Positions 49,178 to 56,775 of a stretch of 64,000 nt of DNA are shown in pieces. The stretch is taken from the NCBI GenBank assembly GCA_001788295.1, contig MGBO01000007.1, positions 14,263-78,262 on the forward strand, read 5' to 3'. Origin of the DNA: Candidatus Roizmanbacteria bacterium RIFOXYC1_FULL_41_16. GTDB lineage: Bacteria; Patescibacteriota; Microgenomatia; UBA1406. A program made the position numbers and the translations under genes. The stretch's first letter is position 1. The number at the start of each line of letters is the position of its first letter. Under the pieces are notes generated by a model, which was not told where the DNA came from, searched no databases, and saw nothing but the letters and a program-made list of their open reading frames with translations.

Positions 49178-49264
49178 GGAGGGGTGCCAGAGTGGACGAT
49201 TGGGCTAATCTCGAAAATTAGTAAGGTTGAAAGATCTTCGCGGGTTCGAATCCCGCCCCCTCCG
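49178..49264 (+). tRNA. tRNA-Ser (anticodon CGA)
   Basis: Hand fold. Acceptor GGAGGGG/CCCCTCC. Anticodon stem CTAAT/ATTAG with loop CT-CGA-AA. Long variable arm. T arm GCGGG-TTCGAAT-CCCGC. Discriminator G. No encoded CCA. Confidence 0.85.
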
Positions 49265-49272
49265 CACACACC

Positions 49273-50404
49273 ACACCGTTCACAAAATGACAGTTTTGTG
49301 TCAAAAATAGCTTGGTATATCAACACCTGGTTTTTTGGTCATCATCACCCCTGTTTTATCATTCAAATAACGGAATTTGCTATTGCAACCAGTAAATTTG
49401 GTCATTCGTCTTTTAAGCACATAGCCATTAAGCCAAAGCTTGGCGTGCTTGAGAGAATTGAAGCTTTTTAAAGAAAACAGTCTTGATTGCAGGTGAGAGT
49501 TAAAACTCTCAATAATGTTAGAGGTTAAAGGAGCTTGATGGATTCCCCGATAAGCCAATAACTCTGCTTGATTTTTGTGAATGTTCAAAAGCACCTGTTG
49601 TGCTACTTGATCCCGTCCATATTTTTGATAAAGCAATAGGAGTTGTTTGTTAAAAACTTCTTGAGAAAGTTTTTGAGAGAGAATTTTATCAATACTTTTA
49701 GAGAACTGTCTGTAAAAAGGATTAGATCTGGTTTGTAATTGCCTTCTAATGTTTTCCTTGTAGTGGTTAACACAAGTTTGTATTTTAATGCTAGGAAACA
49801 GATTTCTAGCTGCTAATTTAAGATTGTAATTATCATCACAAACAATTAGCTGAGGTCGATGATTAAGTAATCTAAAAAAAGAGAAAAATCTAGCCCAAGA
49901 ATGATAATTTTCAGCAGTATTAAGGTCAAAAACAGGTATGTCATGACGAAAGTAATCCAGGCCCCATAACAAAACGGGTTTGTAAGCAAAGCCTTTAACG
50001 TTTAAGTATTTACCATCAAAGGCAAAGATAGCTGAATAGCGCGAACAGTAGCTAAAACTGAATTGGTTATTATTGGGTAGTTTTTGTAGCTCCTCATGAC
50101 AAATGTTCCAAACCCTAGTTTTAGAGAGATTGTATTTATGAGAAAGCTTTCCAAAAGACAAACCATCTAGATGGTCATTAAGAATACCCTTACGGTTGAA
50201 TAATTTAAAATTAACAGTGAAATATCTAGAACAGGCTTTGCATTTGTAGACTAAAGATTGGTGACGTTTACGTTGAAAAATAACCTGGGTTGTAGTCCGG
50301 CATTGCGGACAAGAATATTTTTTTTCATATCCCCATTACAGCATAATTAATTGCAAAAGAACAAGCAAATATATACAATTTAACTGTCAAAAAGTGAACG
50401 GTGT
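49273..50404 (-). mobile_element. insertion sequence of about 1.13 kb with imperfect 23-bp terminal inverted repeats
   Basis: Left end acaccgttcacAAAAtgacagtt (49273..49295). The reverse complement of the right end is acaccgttcacTTTTtgacagtt (50382..50404). 19 of 23 positions match. Encloses a single transposase gene. Confidence 0.75.
49301..50328 (-). pseudogene. zinc-ribbon + DDE transposase (IS1595/IS1-like), out of frame with its ATG at an A8 tract
   Basis: The long frame continues upstream of the track ORF as EKKYSCPQCRTTTQVIFQRKRHQSLVYKCKACSRYFTV... (two CxxC pairs) with no in-frame start. The only ATG (50328..50326) is one base out of frame across the A8 run (T8 on the plus strand, 50318..50325). 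C-terminal LTSNIIESFNSHLQSRL is typical of DDE transposases. Confidence 0.65.
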
Positions 50405-50406
50405 CC

Positions 50407-50442
50407 GCAACGTAAGAAATTGCGAAGCAATTTCAACGTTGC
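50407..50442 (+). repeat. bipartite hairpin A
   Basis: GCAACGT aag AAATTGC gaa GCAATTT c(a)ACGTTGC. Confidence 0.7.
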
Positions 50443-50443
50443 T

Positions 50444-50482
50444 GGAACGCTTAAATTTGCTTTGCAAATTTATTGCGTTTCC
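50444..50482 (+). repeat. bipartite hairpin B (related to A)
   Basis: GGAACGC tt AAATTTGC ttt GCAAATTT att GCGTTTCC. Confidence 0.7.
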
Positions 50483-50615
50483 GCCATATGTTTTATTACA
50501 CTTATATACTTCAAAGTTTAAAGAATAATAGTCTATATATTGGCTATACTTCCAATCTAAAAAATAGGTTTAATGAACTCATTTATGGGCATAGCCATAA
50601 ACTCCTTAGTTTTGT

Positions 50616-50644
50616 TTGACTAAATACTAAAAATTTCATATAGT
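50616..50644 (+). promoter_or_regulatory. promoter TTGACT-N17-TATAGT for the four-gene island operon
   Basis: ttgact (50616..50621), a 17-nt spacer, tatagt (50639..50644). Confidence 0.55.
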
Positions 50645-50703
50645 AACTGTTTATAAGTAATGATTTTAGTACGATACAACTATAATAGTAAGACTATACG
50701 AAT

Positions 50704-50913
50704 ATGCCAAACAAAAAATCCACAATTGGGGATAACATAAGAAAATACCGGAACAAACTCGGTATTTCTCAAGATGTGCTTTCAAAGAGAGCGGATTTGG
50801 CTTTTCATACAATCGCCAAGATTGAAGCTGGCTCTACCCCCAACCCTACAATTGATACAGTCAAAAAAATAGCGGACGCTCTCGGCGTTTCGCTTGATGA
50901 TTTAATGAAATAA
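50704..50913 (+). CDS. small XRE-family HTH protein (R-M controller-protein-like size and position)
   Basis: 69 aa. IGDNIRKYRNKLGISQDVLSKRADLAFHTIAKIEAGSTPNPTIDTVKKIADALGVSLDDL is a classic Cro/C1 HTH. Confidence 0.85.
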   Translation: MPNKKSTIGDNIRKYRNKLGISQDVLSKRADLAFHTIAKIEAGSTPNPTIDTVKKIADALGVSLDDLMK

Positions 50914-50917
50914 AACT

Positions 50918-51667
50918 ATGACAAACTTAACCACACTTGAAAAACAAATATTTGAAAAGCTATTCCAAATGAATGGTGGTTATGTTTTGAATTTTTCAGA
51001 TCGGACAATGGGAGAATTTTTTAGAGACGATATAGGAATTGATATTTACAATCAAAAATATAACTATGCAAGCGGTTCAAAAGCTAATCGCATGCGTGGT
51101 TTGTGGTTAAAAGCAGATGAAAAAACTGTTGGTAAAAGTGTATTAAAACTTATTGAATATATTGAAAATCAAATTTTACTTGATAATCTAAAGCGAGCTG
51201 ACTTTCCGACTGAAAGAATGACCGCTGCAAAAAATATCGGGGAAAAACTTCTTGGAACGAAAGTGAAAGTTGAAAATAAATCTCAAGCCACTTTCAAGAA
51301 TGGCAATATCAATATAACTTTGCAAAAAGAAGTTTTTGACCATGTTCAAAAATTACTGAATAGTGGGCATTATTTTAATGCCGTGGAAGAAGCATATAAA
51401 ATCGTTCGGCAGAAACTTAAAGATATTACAGGAAAAGAAAAGGCGCATGAGGCTTTTGCGGAATTAAATCAAGAAAAGATTTTCGGACGCAAACCGAAAA
51501 ACGAAGCTGATAAGGACTTTTTCGAGGGAGTAAAATTTTTGCATATGTCTATTCATTTTTTACGAAATGAAAAAGCACATACTCCCGCTCAAGATTTGGA
51601 TAAAAATTTGGCGATTCATTACATATCACTCGCCAGCTTGGCGTATGACTTGATAACTAGGAAATAA
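50918..51667 (+). CDS. Ymh/TIGR02391-like protein with a HEPN-type R-x4-H motif
   Basis: C-terminal half: GHYFNAVEEAYKIVRQKLKDITG...FEGVKFLHMSIHFLRNEKAHTP...AIHYISLASLAYDLI. RNEKAH is encoded at 51563..51580. The N-terminal 120 aa or so is of unknown type. Confidence 0.65.
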   Translation: MTNLTTLEKQIFEKLFQMNGGYVLNFSDRTMGEFFRDDIGIDIYNQKYNYASGSKANRMRGLWLKADEKTVGKSVLKLIEYIENQILLDNLKRADFPTERMTAAKNIGEKLLGTKVKVENKSQATFKNGNINITLQKEVFDHVQKLLNSGHYFNAVEEAYKIVRQKLKDITGKEKAHEAFAELNQEKIFGRKPKNEADKDFFEGVKFLHMSIHFLRNEKAHTPAQDLDKNLAIHYISLASLAYDLITRK

Positions 51668-51669
51668 TT

Positions 51670-52773
51670 ATGGCAGCAAAATTTTTAAATACAAATTTAC
51701 ACAAAGCGAGCGCCGCCAAAAAAGACGAGTTTTATACTCAACTTGTTGATATTGAAAAAGAACTAAAGCACTATAAAGAACAGTTTCAAGGCAAAGTTGT
51801 TTATTGTAACTGCGATGATCCATACGAGAGCAACTTTTTTAAATACTTTGCATCCAACTTTAATGCTCTTGGATTAAAGAAGCTCATCGCCACGAGTTAT
51901 AGCGGTTCACCGATTATTGGAGGTCAATTACCGCTGTTTCAAGTAGCTGGATCAAAGGGCAAGCAACCGCTCAAAATTGAAATTAAAGAAGTGCCGGATA
52001 CAGACAAAGACGGCGCAATAAACCTTGATGATGTTAAGTATTTGCTCAAACATGACAAAAACACCGTCACACCGCTAAAAGGCAGTGGTGACTTTCGAAG
52101 TGATGAATGTATAGAACTACTAAAGCAGGCCGATATAGTTGTAACCAATCCGCCGTTTTCATTATTTCGGGATTATGTCGCGCAACTCGTCAAATATAAG
52201 AAAAAGTTTTTAATTATGGGCAATCAAAATGCAATTACCTATAAAGAAATATTTAAATTAATTAAAGAGAATAAACTTTGGCTTGGACAAAGTCTAAATG
52301 GTAAAAACATCCTTTTTCAAATTCCAGATCATTATGAAAGTTATTACAAAATTATTGATGGTAAAAAGTATGCTTTTCCAAAGGGAGTAGTTTGGTTTAC
52401 CAATCTGAATGTTCCAAAACGAAATGAAGAATTAGTGTTGTATAGAAAATATTCTAAAGAAGAATATTCCAACTTTGATAACTACAATGCGATAAATGTA
52501 GATAGGACAGAACAAATCCCCATGGATTATAAAGGTGTGATGGGAGTACCTATAACTTTTTTACATAAATACAACCCAGATCAATTTGAAATTATTGGTT
52601 TAGGAATATCGACATCAGGATTAGAAATCGGAGTTATGCCGTATAAACCAGAGCATAAAAAGTATAGGAAGGAAGTTCAAAAAAGAGGTGCAGTGGACGG
52701 AGATTTATACATGATTAAAAATGAAATTGTAGAAGTGCCTTATGCGCGTATTCTTATTAAAAATAAAAAGTAA
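51670..52773 (+). CDS. N6-adenine DNA methyltransferase, EcoRI-methylase-like family
   Basis: N-terminal KKDEFYTQLVDIEKEL...VVYCNCDDP and catalytic DIVVTNPPFS. Confidence 0.8.
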   Translation: MAAKFLNTNLHKASAAKKDEFYTQLVDIEKELKHYKEQFQGKVVYCNCDDPYESNFFKYFASNFNALGLKKLIATSYSGSPIIGGQLPLFQVAGSKGKQPLKIEIKEVPDTDKDGAINLDDVKYLLKHDKNTVTPLKGSGDFRSDECIELLKQADIVVTNPPFSLFRDYVAQLVKYKKKFLIMGNQNAITYKEIFKLIKENKLWLGQSLNGKNILFQIPDHYESYYKIIDGKKYAFPKGVVWFTNLNVPKRNEELVLYRKYSKEEYSNFDNYNAINVDRTEQIPMDYKGVMGVPITFLHKYNPDQFEIIGLGISTSGLEIGVMPYKPEHKKYRKEVQKRGAVDGDLYMIKNEIVEVPYARILIKNKK

Positions 52774-52782
52774 AAAAATAAT

Positions 52783-53892
52783 ATGAAAATCGATTTACAT
52801 AAAATTAAAATTCGAAAAGTAATTACTGGCTACAAAGATAGTGCAGAAGAAGGTGTGGAGGCTTATGATGGCAAGCTTGATATTCGCCCAAAATATCAGC
52901 GCGAATTCGTTTATAAGGAAAAACAGCGCAACGCCGTAATAGAAACTATAAAAAATAGTTTTCCGCTAAATGTGATGTATTGGATGATTAGAGAAGATGG
53001 TGGCTATGAAGTGTTAGACGGCCAGCAGCGCACCATCAGCATTGGGCAATATGTGACTGGAGATTTTTCTCTCAATGATCGTTTTTTTCATAATTTAACC
53101 AAAGAGGAACAGGACAAAATTTTAGATTATGAATTAATGATTTACTTTTGCGAAGGTACGGACAAAGAACGACTGGATTGGTTTAGGATTATCAATATCG
53201 CCGGGGAAAAATTGACCGACCAAGAAATTCGCAACGCAGTCTATACCGGGCCGTGGCTTTCGGATGCAAAACTCAAATTCAGTAAATCAAACTGTGTGGC
53301 ATATCTGGTAGCAAACGACGGCGGGCAATTAGTTAGCGGTTCACCGATACGGCAGGTATATTTAGAAACCGCTCTTTCGTGGATAAACGATGGCATGATT
53401 GAAGACTATATGGCGAAACATCAGCATGACAAAAAAGCTGATGAGCTATGGGGCTATTTTCAAGATGTAGTCGCTTGGGTGCGTAAAACTTTTCCCAATT
53501 ACAGAAAAGAGATGGCGAGCGTGAATTGGGGCGAGTTATACAACAAATTCAAAGATAAGAAATTGAATACCGTCAAACTGGAAACTCAAATTAAAAAATT
53601 AATGCAGGACGAAGATGTTACCAAAAAGTTCGGCATTTATCCGTATGTTTTGACGGGGCGAGAAAGACACCTTTCAATTCGTGCTTTTACCGACAAAATG
53701 AAGCGCGAAGCGTATGAAAGACAGGATGGCATTTGTCCATTTTGCAAGAAGCAGAAAAAAGAGAAAAAACAATGGGATATTTCAGAAATGGAAGCCGACC
53801 ACATTACCCCTTGGCACGAAGGTGGAAAAACGATTGCAGAGAATTGCCAAATACTATGCAAGGAGCATAATCGAATAAAATCCGGGGAGTAA
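52783..53892 (+). CDS. DUF262 (GmrSD N-terminal/ParB-like) domain fused to an HNH nuclease
   Basis: YQREFVYKEKQRNAVIETIKNSFPLNVMYW...VLDGQQRTISI (DGQQR). C-terminal CPFCKK...EADHITPWHEGGKTIAENCQILCKEHNRIK (HNH). Confidence 0.8.
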   Translation: MKIDLHKIKIRKVITGYKDSAEEGVEAYDGKLDIRPKYQREFVYKEKQRNAVIETIKNSFPLNVMYWMIREDGGYEVLDGQQRTISIGQYVTGDFSLNDRFFHNLTKEEQDKILDYELMIYFCEGTDKERLDWFRIINIAGEKLTDQEIRNAVYTGPWLSDAKLKFSKSNCVAYLVANDGGQLVSGSPIRQVYLETALSWINDGMIEDYMAKHQHDKKADELWGYFQDVVAWVRKTFPNYRKEMASVNWGELYNKFKDKKLNTVKLETQIKKLMQDEDVTKKFGIYPYVLTGRERHLSIRAFTDKMKREAYERQDGICPFCKKQKKEKKQWDISEMEADHITPWHEGGKTIAENCQILCKEHNRIKSGE

Positions 53893-53942
53893 GCCGAGTG
53901 TTGGCGAAAATTTAGTAATCCCTAATATATTTGTAGAAAAAC

Positions 53943-53971
53943 TTGACACGCTTGTTTGAATTTGCTACATT
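53943..53971 (+). promoter_or_regulatory. near-consensus promoter TTGACA-N17-TACATT for the second island operon
   Basis: ttgaca (53943..53948), a 17-nt spacer, tacatt (53966..53971). Confidence 0.6.
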
Positions 53972-53994
53972 ACTTTCATAATAGGGTTATTTAT

Positions 53995-54390
53995 ATGAAC
54001 ACAGTACCAAATCTATACAAAAAAATACAGGATTTCCGCCAAAAGGCCGGAATGACGCAAAAGGAACTTGCGGAGAAGGTCGGTTTATCCCGTGGGGCGG
54101 TTACTTCAATAGAACAAGGGAAGCGTAAGGTTACAGTTGAAGAATTGCTCAAATTTTGCGAAGCGTTTAGCTGCTCTTATGCAGATTTTTTGGCTTCCGA
54201 TCAGAAGGATAAGCCGGCGGCGGAAAGTGGAAAAAAAAATGTCCGCGAGCTTTATGACGCGTACAAAGATAAATATCAAGGCAAAACATTGCCTTATCCG
54301 CAGAATGATAACCCCCTTGATGATTATTTGCGTCAGGTGAACCCATATTATTACCCGTTTGCCAATAACGAAATCCGATATGAGCAATGA
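53995..54390 (+). CDS. XRE-family HTH protein with a C-terminal extension of about 65 aa
   Basis: IQDFRQKAGMTQKELAEKVGLSRGAVTSIEQGKRKVTVEELLKFCEAF, followed by a low-complexity, Tyr/Pro-rich tail. ATG at 53995 is preferred over the track start at 53956. Confidence 0.8.
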   Translation: MNTVPNLYKKIQDFRQKAGMTQKELAEKVGLSRGAVTSIEQGKRKVTVEELLKFCEAFSCSYADFLASDQKDKPAAESGKKNVRELYDAYKDKYQGKTLPYPQNDNPLDDYLRQVNPYYYPFANNEIRYEQ

Positions 54391-55471
54391 TCCTAAACAA
54401 TCGAAAAAGCTGGAGCTAACAGAGTTAGCCCCAAGGAAACCGGAAGAAGGTGGTGAGGGTGCTTCTTTGCCAATCTCTATTGAGCTTAATCAAAAGCGCA
54501 GACAGCATAATCAAAATTTTGAAAAAAGCTTGCGACATGCACGAATTGAGCTTATTAAAGATATTCAGCAAAAGCGCGGCTCCAAGGTATTTGTATTTTA
54601 CTCTCACGATACTTTGGACGCGCAACACGCAGAAATTTTCTTTGAACTCCTACAGGAAGTTGGCAAACAAAAAAAACTTGATCTCTTTTTATTAAGCCCT
54701 GGTGGATTTGCCGACCAAGCTTTCAATATGTCGCGCTGGTGCAGACAATACGCCACGCAATTTAATGTAATCATTCCTTACTACGCAAAAAGTGCCGCGA
54801 CCTTGCTATCTTTGGGCGCAGATACGCTTTTGATGGGGCCTTCATCGGAACTTGGACCAATTGATCCTCAAATTCGTATACCCGATGAATATGGGCGGAC
54901 AATGCAAGTATCAGCACTTTCCATCAAAGACGCCTTGAAAGTCATTGAAGGTCTAACCGAAGACAATCAAGAAAAAGCTTTGAAATACATGCCCCTGATT
55001 GAGAAAATTGATCTCAAGGTGCTTGGGCAATATGACCGCGCGATACAAAGCGCAAAACAATACGCTTCTGACCTCTTGCACATGAGCGGCCTCTTGAAAG
55101 ATAAGGATATCGAAGAAGTGGACGTTGATGATTCAAAAAAGAAAGTGCCAAAACATAAAAACATCGCACACCAGCTAACCGAGGGCTATTATTCTCACGG
55201 CTATGCGATAGGTACGGATAAAGCGCAAGAACTTGGATTTAATGTCGTCTGCCCGGGCAATGACGGCTTTGACCCCGAAGTTTGGAAGTCGGTTTGGCGG
55301 CTACATAAGCTATATGATGATATGATGAGAAATAATCGCAAAGAGCGGCTTCTTACGGAAAATTTGGTTGAATACCGGCAGGTTATGACTGTTTTGGAAA
55401 CCGATGCCTTCTCTGTGCCTGTTGAGAAGAATTTTATAAAGGATTTATCGCAAAAATATGGTAAAAAATAA
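54380..55471 (+). CDS. SDH-family (serine dehydrogenase proteinase) Clp/S49-fold serine protease
   Basis: LDLFLLSPGGFADQAF and YYAKSAATLLSLGADTLLMGPSSELGPIDPQI match my recollection of the SDH/SppA-like signature. The ATG at 54380 overlaps the upstream gene by 11 nt. Confidence 0.7.
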   Translation: MSNDPKQSKKLELTELAPRKPEEGGEGASLPISIELNQKRRQHNQNFEKSLRHARIELIKDIQQKRGSKVFVFYSHDTLDAQHAEIFFELLQEVGKQKKLDLFLLSPGGFADQAFNMSRWCRQYATQFNVIIPYYAKSAATLLSLGADTLLMGPSSELGPIDPQIRIPDEYGRTMQVSALSIKDALKVIEGLTEDNQEKALKYMPLIEKIDLKVLGQYDRAIQSAKQYASDLLHMSGLLKDKDIEEVDVDDSKKKVPKHKNIAHQLTEGYYSHGYAIGTDKAQELGFNVVCPGNDGFDPEVWKSVWRLHKLYDDMMRNNRKERLLTENLVEYRQVMTVLETDAFSVPVEKNFIKDLSQKYGKK

Positions 55472-55874
55472 TATCACACAATTAGCAGTAGAAGAAAAGA
55501 GCAAGCCGATTTTGCAATTTTCCGTTTTATGCGACGGCGTTGCAAAGCAGGGCAACAAGCCAGTATTTATTGGTGTATTCAGCAATTTTGTACGCACTGG
55601 TGTTATTGCCCAATTCTTTATCGTAAACCGATGGATTTACGGCAAAGGAACATTCAAGCAGAAAATTGCAATAAAGGATCCCGATTTACAAAAAACTATA
55701 GCTGAAATTCCAGATCAAGAATTTATTTTGAAAGAAGAAATTAACAGTGCGGACATAGTCAATGGTTTTGTAAATGTAAATTTTGAAAAACCAGGCGTAT
55801 ATTGGGTAGAGATTTCTTTAGACAATAAATTGTTAATGTCGTATCCATTACCGGTGTACGAACAGCAGAAGTAA
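55458..55874 (+). CDS. hypothetical 138-aa soluble protein, probably beta-rich
   Basis: Overlaps the protease gene by 14 nt. No motif recognised. Confidence 0.55.
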   Translation: MVKNNITQLAVEEKSKPILQFSVLCDGVAKQGNKPVFIGVFSNFVRTGVIAQFFIVNRWIYGKGTFKQKIAIKDPDLQKTIAEIPDQEFILKEEINSADIVNGFVNVNFEKPGVYWVEISLDNKLLMSYPLPVYEQQK

Positions 55875-56096
55875 CTAAACCCGCCCGCCACCCATTGATT
55901 TTGTGGCTCCGCAAAATAATTTCAGGGCGAATCCCAAGCAGTCGATCAAAATTATGTGGAGGTTGGTGGTCAATGTAAACTATAAGGACCAAATTATTCC
56001 AGACCTACATACTTCGCAATAAGCAAAAAGCTAGTGGGTGATTGTCTTAACCATCTCTTAAGCAATCCTTAAGAAAGTTAAGTTATACTAGCAATA

Positions 56097-56774
56097 ATGA
56101 GGATTCTTCTGATTGAAGACGAGCACAAACTGGCTAACGCAATTAAACGAGCATTAGAGTTACAAAAGTATGCCGTCGATGTCGTTTATGATGGAGAGGA
56201 AGGCTTTAATTTGACCATTGGAGAAGAAGCATGCGATCTGATTATTTCTGACATTATGTTACCCAGTCTCGACGGAATTGAGTTTTGCAAAAGAATTCGT
56301 CAGGAAGGAATTCATACCCCCGTTTTGATGTTAACCGCCAAGGGACAGATTCAGGACAAAGTCGTCGGACTGGATAATGGGGCCGATGACTATATGGTTA
56401 AACCATTCTCGTTTGATGAGCTTTTTGCTCGCGTGCGAGCGTTGGTACGCAGACCCAAGGGAGAACGTGATCCGATGTTAAAGATTGCGGATTTGAGACT
56501 AGACCCTGTTAACTTCAAAGTTATTAGAGCCGGTAAACAAATTAAACTTTCAACTAGAGAATTCTCCATTCTTGAGTACCTAATGAGAAATCAAAATAAA
56601 GTAGTTGGTAAAAAGCATTTAATTGCTCATGTTTGGGATTATGATGCCAATATATTACCAGGAACAGTTGAGGTGCATATCAAAAATATCAGAGATAAAA
56701 TTGACAAACCTTTTACCAAAAGGCTCATTCATACAGTTCGCGGATTTGGATACGAAATAAAAGTCGAAAATTAA
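56097..56774 (+). CDS. OmpR-family response regulator
   Basis: MRILLIEDE, DLIISDIMLPSLDG, and the winged-helix C-terminus (VRGFGYEI). Confidence 0.92.
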   Translation: MRILLIEDEHKLANAIKRALELQKYAVDVVYDGEEGFNLTIGEEACDLIISDIMLPSLDGIEFCKRIRQEGIHTPVLMLTAKGQIQDKVVGLDNGADDYMVKPFSFDELFARVRALVRRPKGERDPMLKIADLRLDPVNFKVIRAGKQIKLSTREFSILEYLMRNQNKVVGKKHLIAHVWDYDANILPGTVEVHIKNIRDKIDKPFTKRLIHTVRGFGYEIKVEN

Positions 56775-56775
56775 T

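Noticed and set aside
50318-50325. The A8 tract in the transposase, considered as a programmed frameshift site.
   Set aside because: This is not excluded, but the sequence alone cannot distinguish it from a homopolymer error or an inactivating slip. The gene is therefore reported as a frameshifted gene, not as a recoding signal.
49261-50409. The hexamer TCCGCA occurs both at the tRNA 3' end and just after the IS right end. It was considered as a target-site duplication or a tRNA-end duplication.
   Set aside because: The left copy is separated from the left inverted repeat by about 7 nt, so the two copies do not flank the element symmetrically. A 6-bp match is also expected by chance.
55759-55992. 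A 77-aa minus-strand ORF at the right edge of the island, considered as a possible integrase or HNH remnant because of YIDHQPP.
   Set aside because: It overlaps the last island gene in antisense. The motif is too short to support any family, and no start or promoter context was seen. Only a translated database search could revive it.
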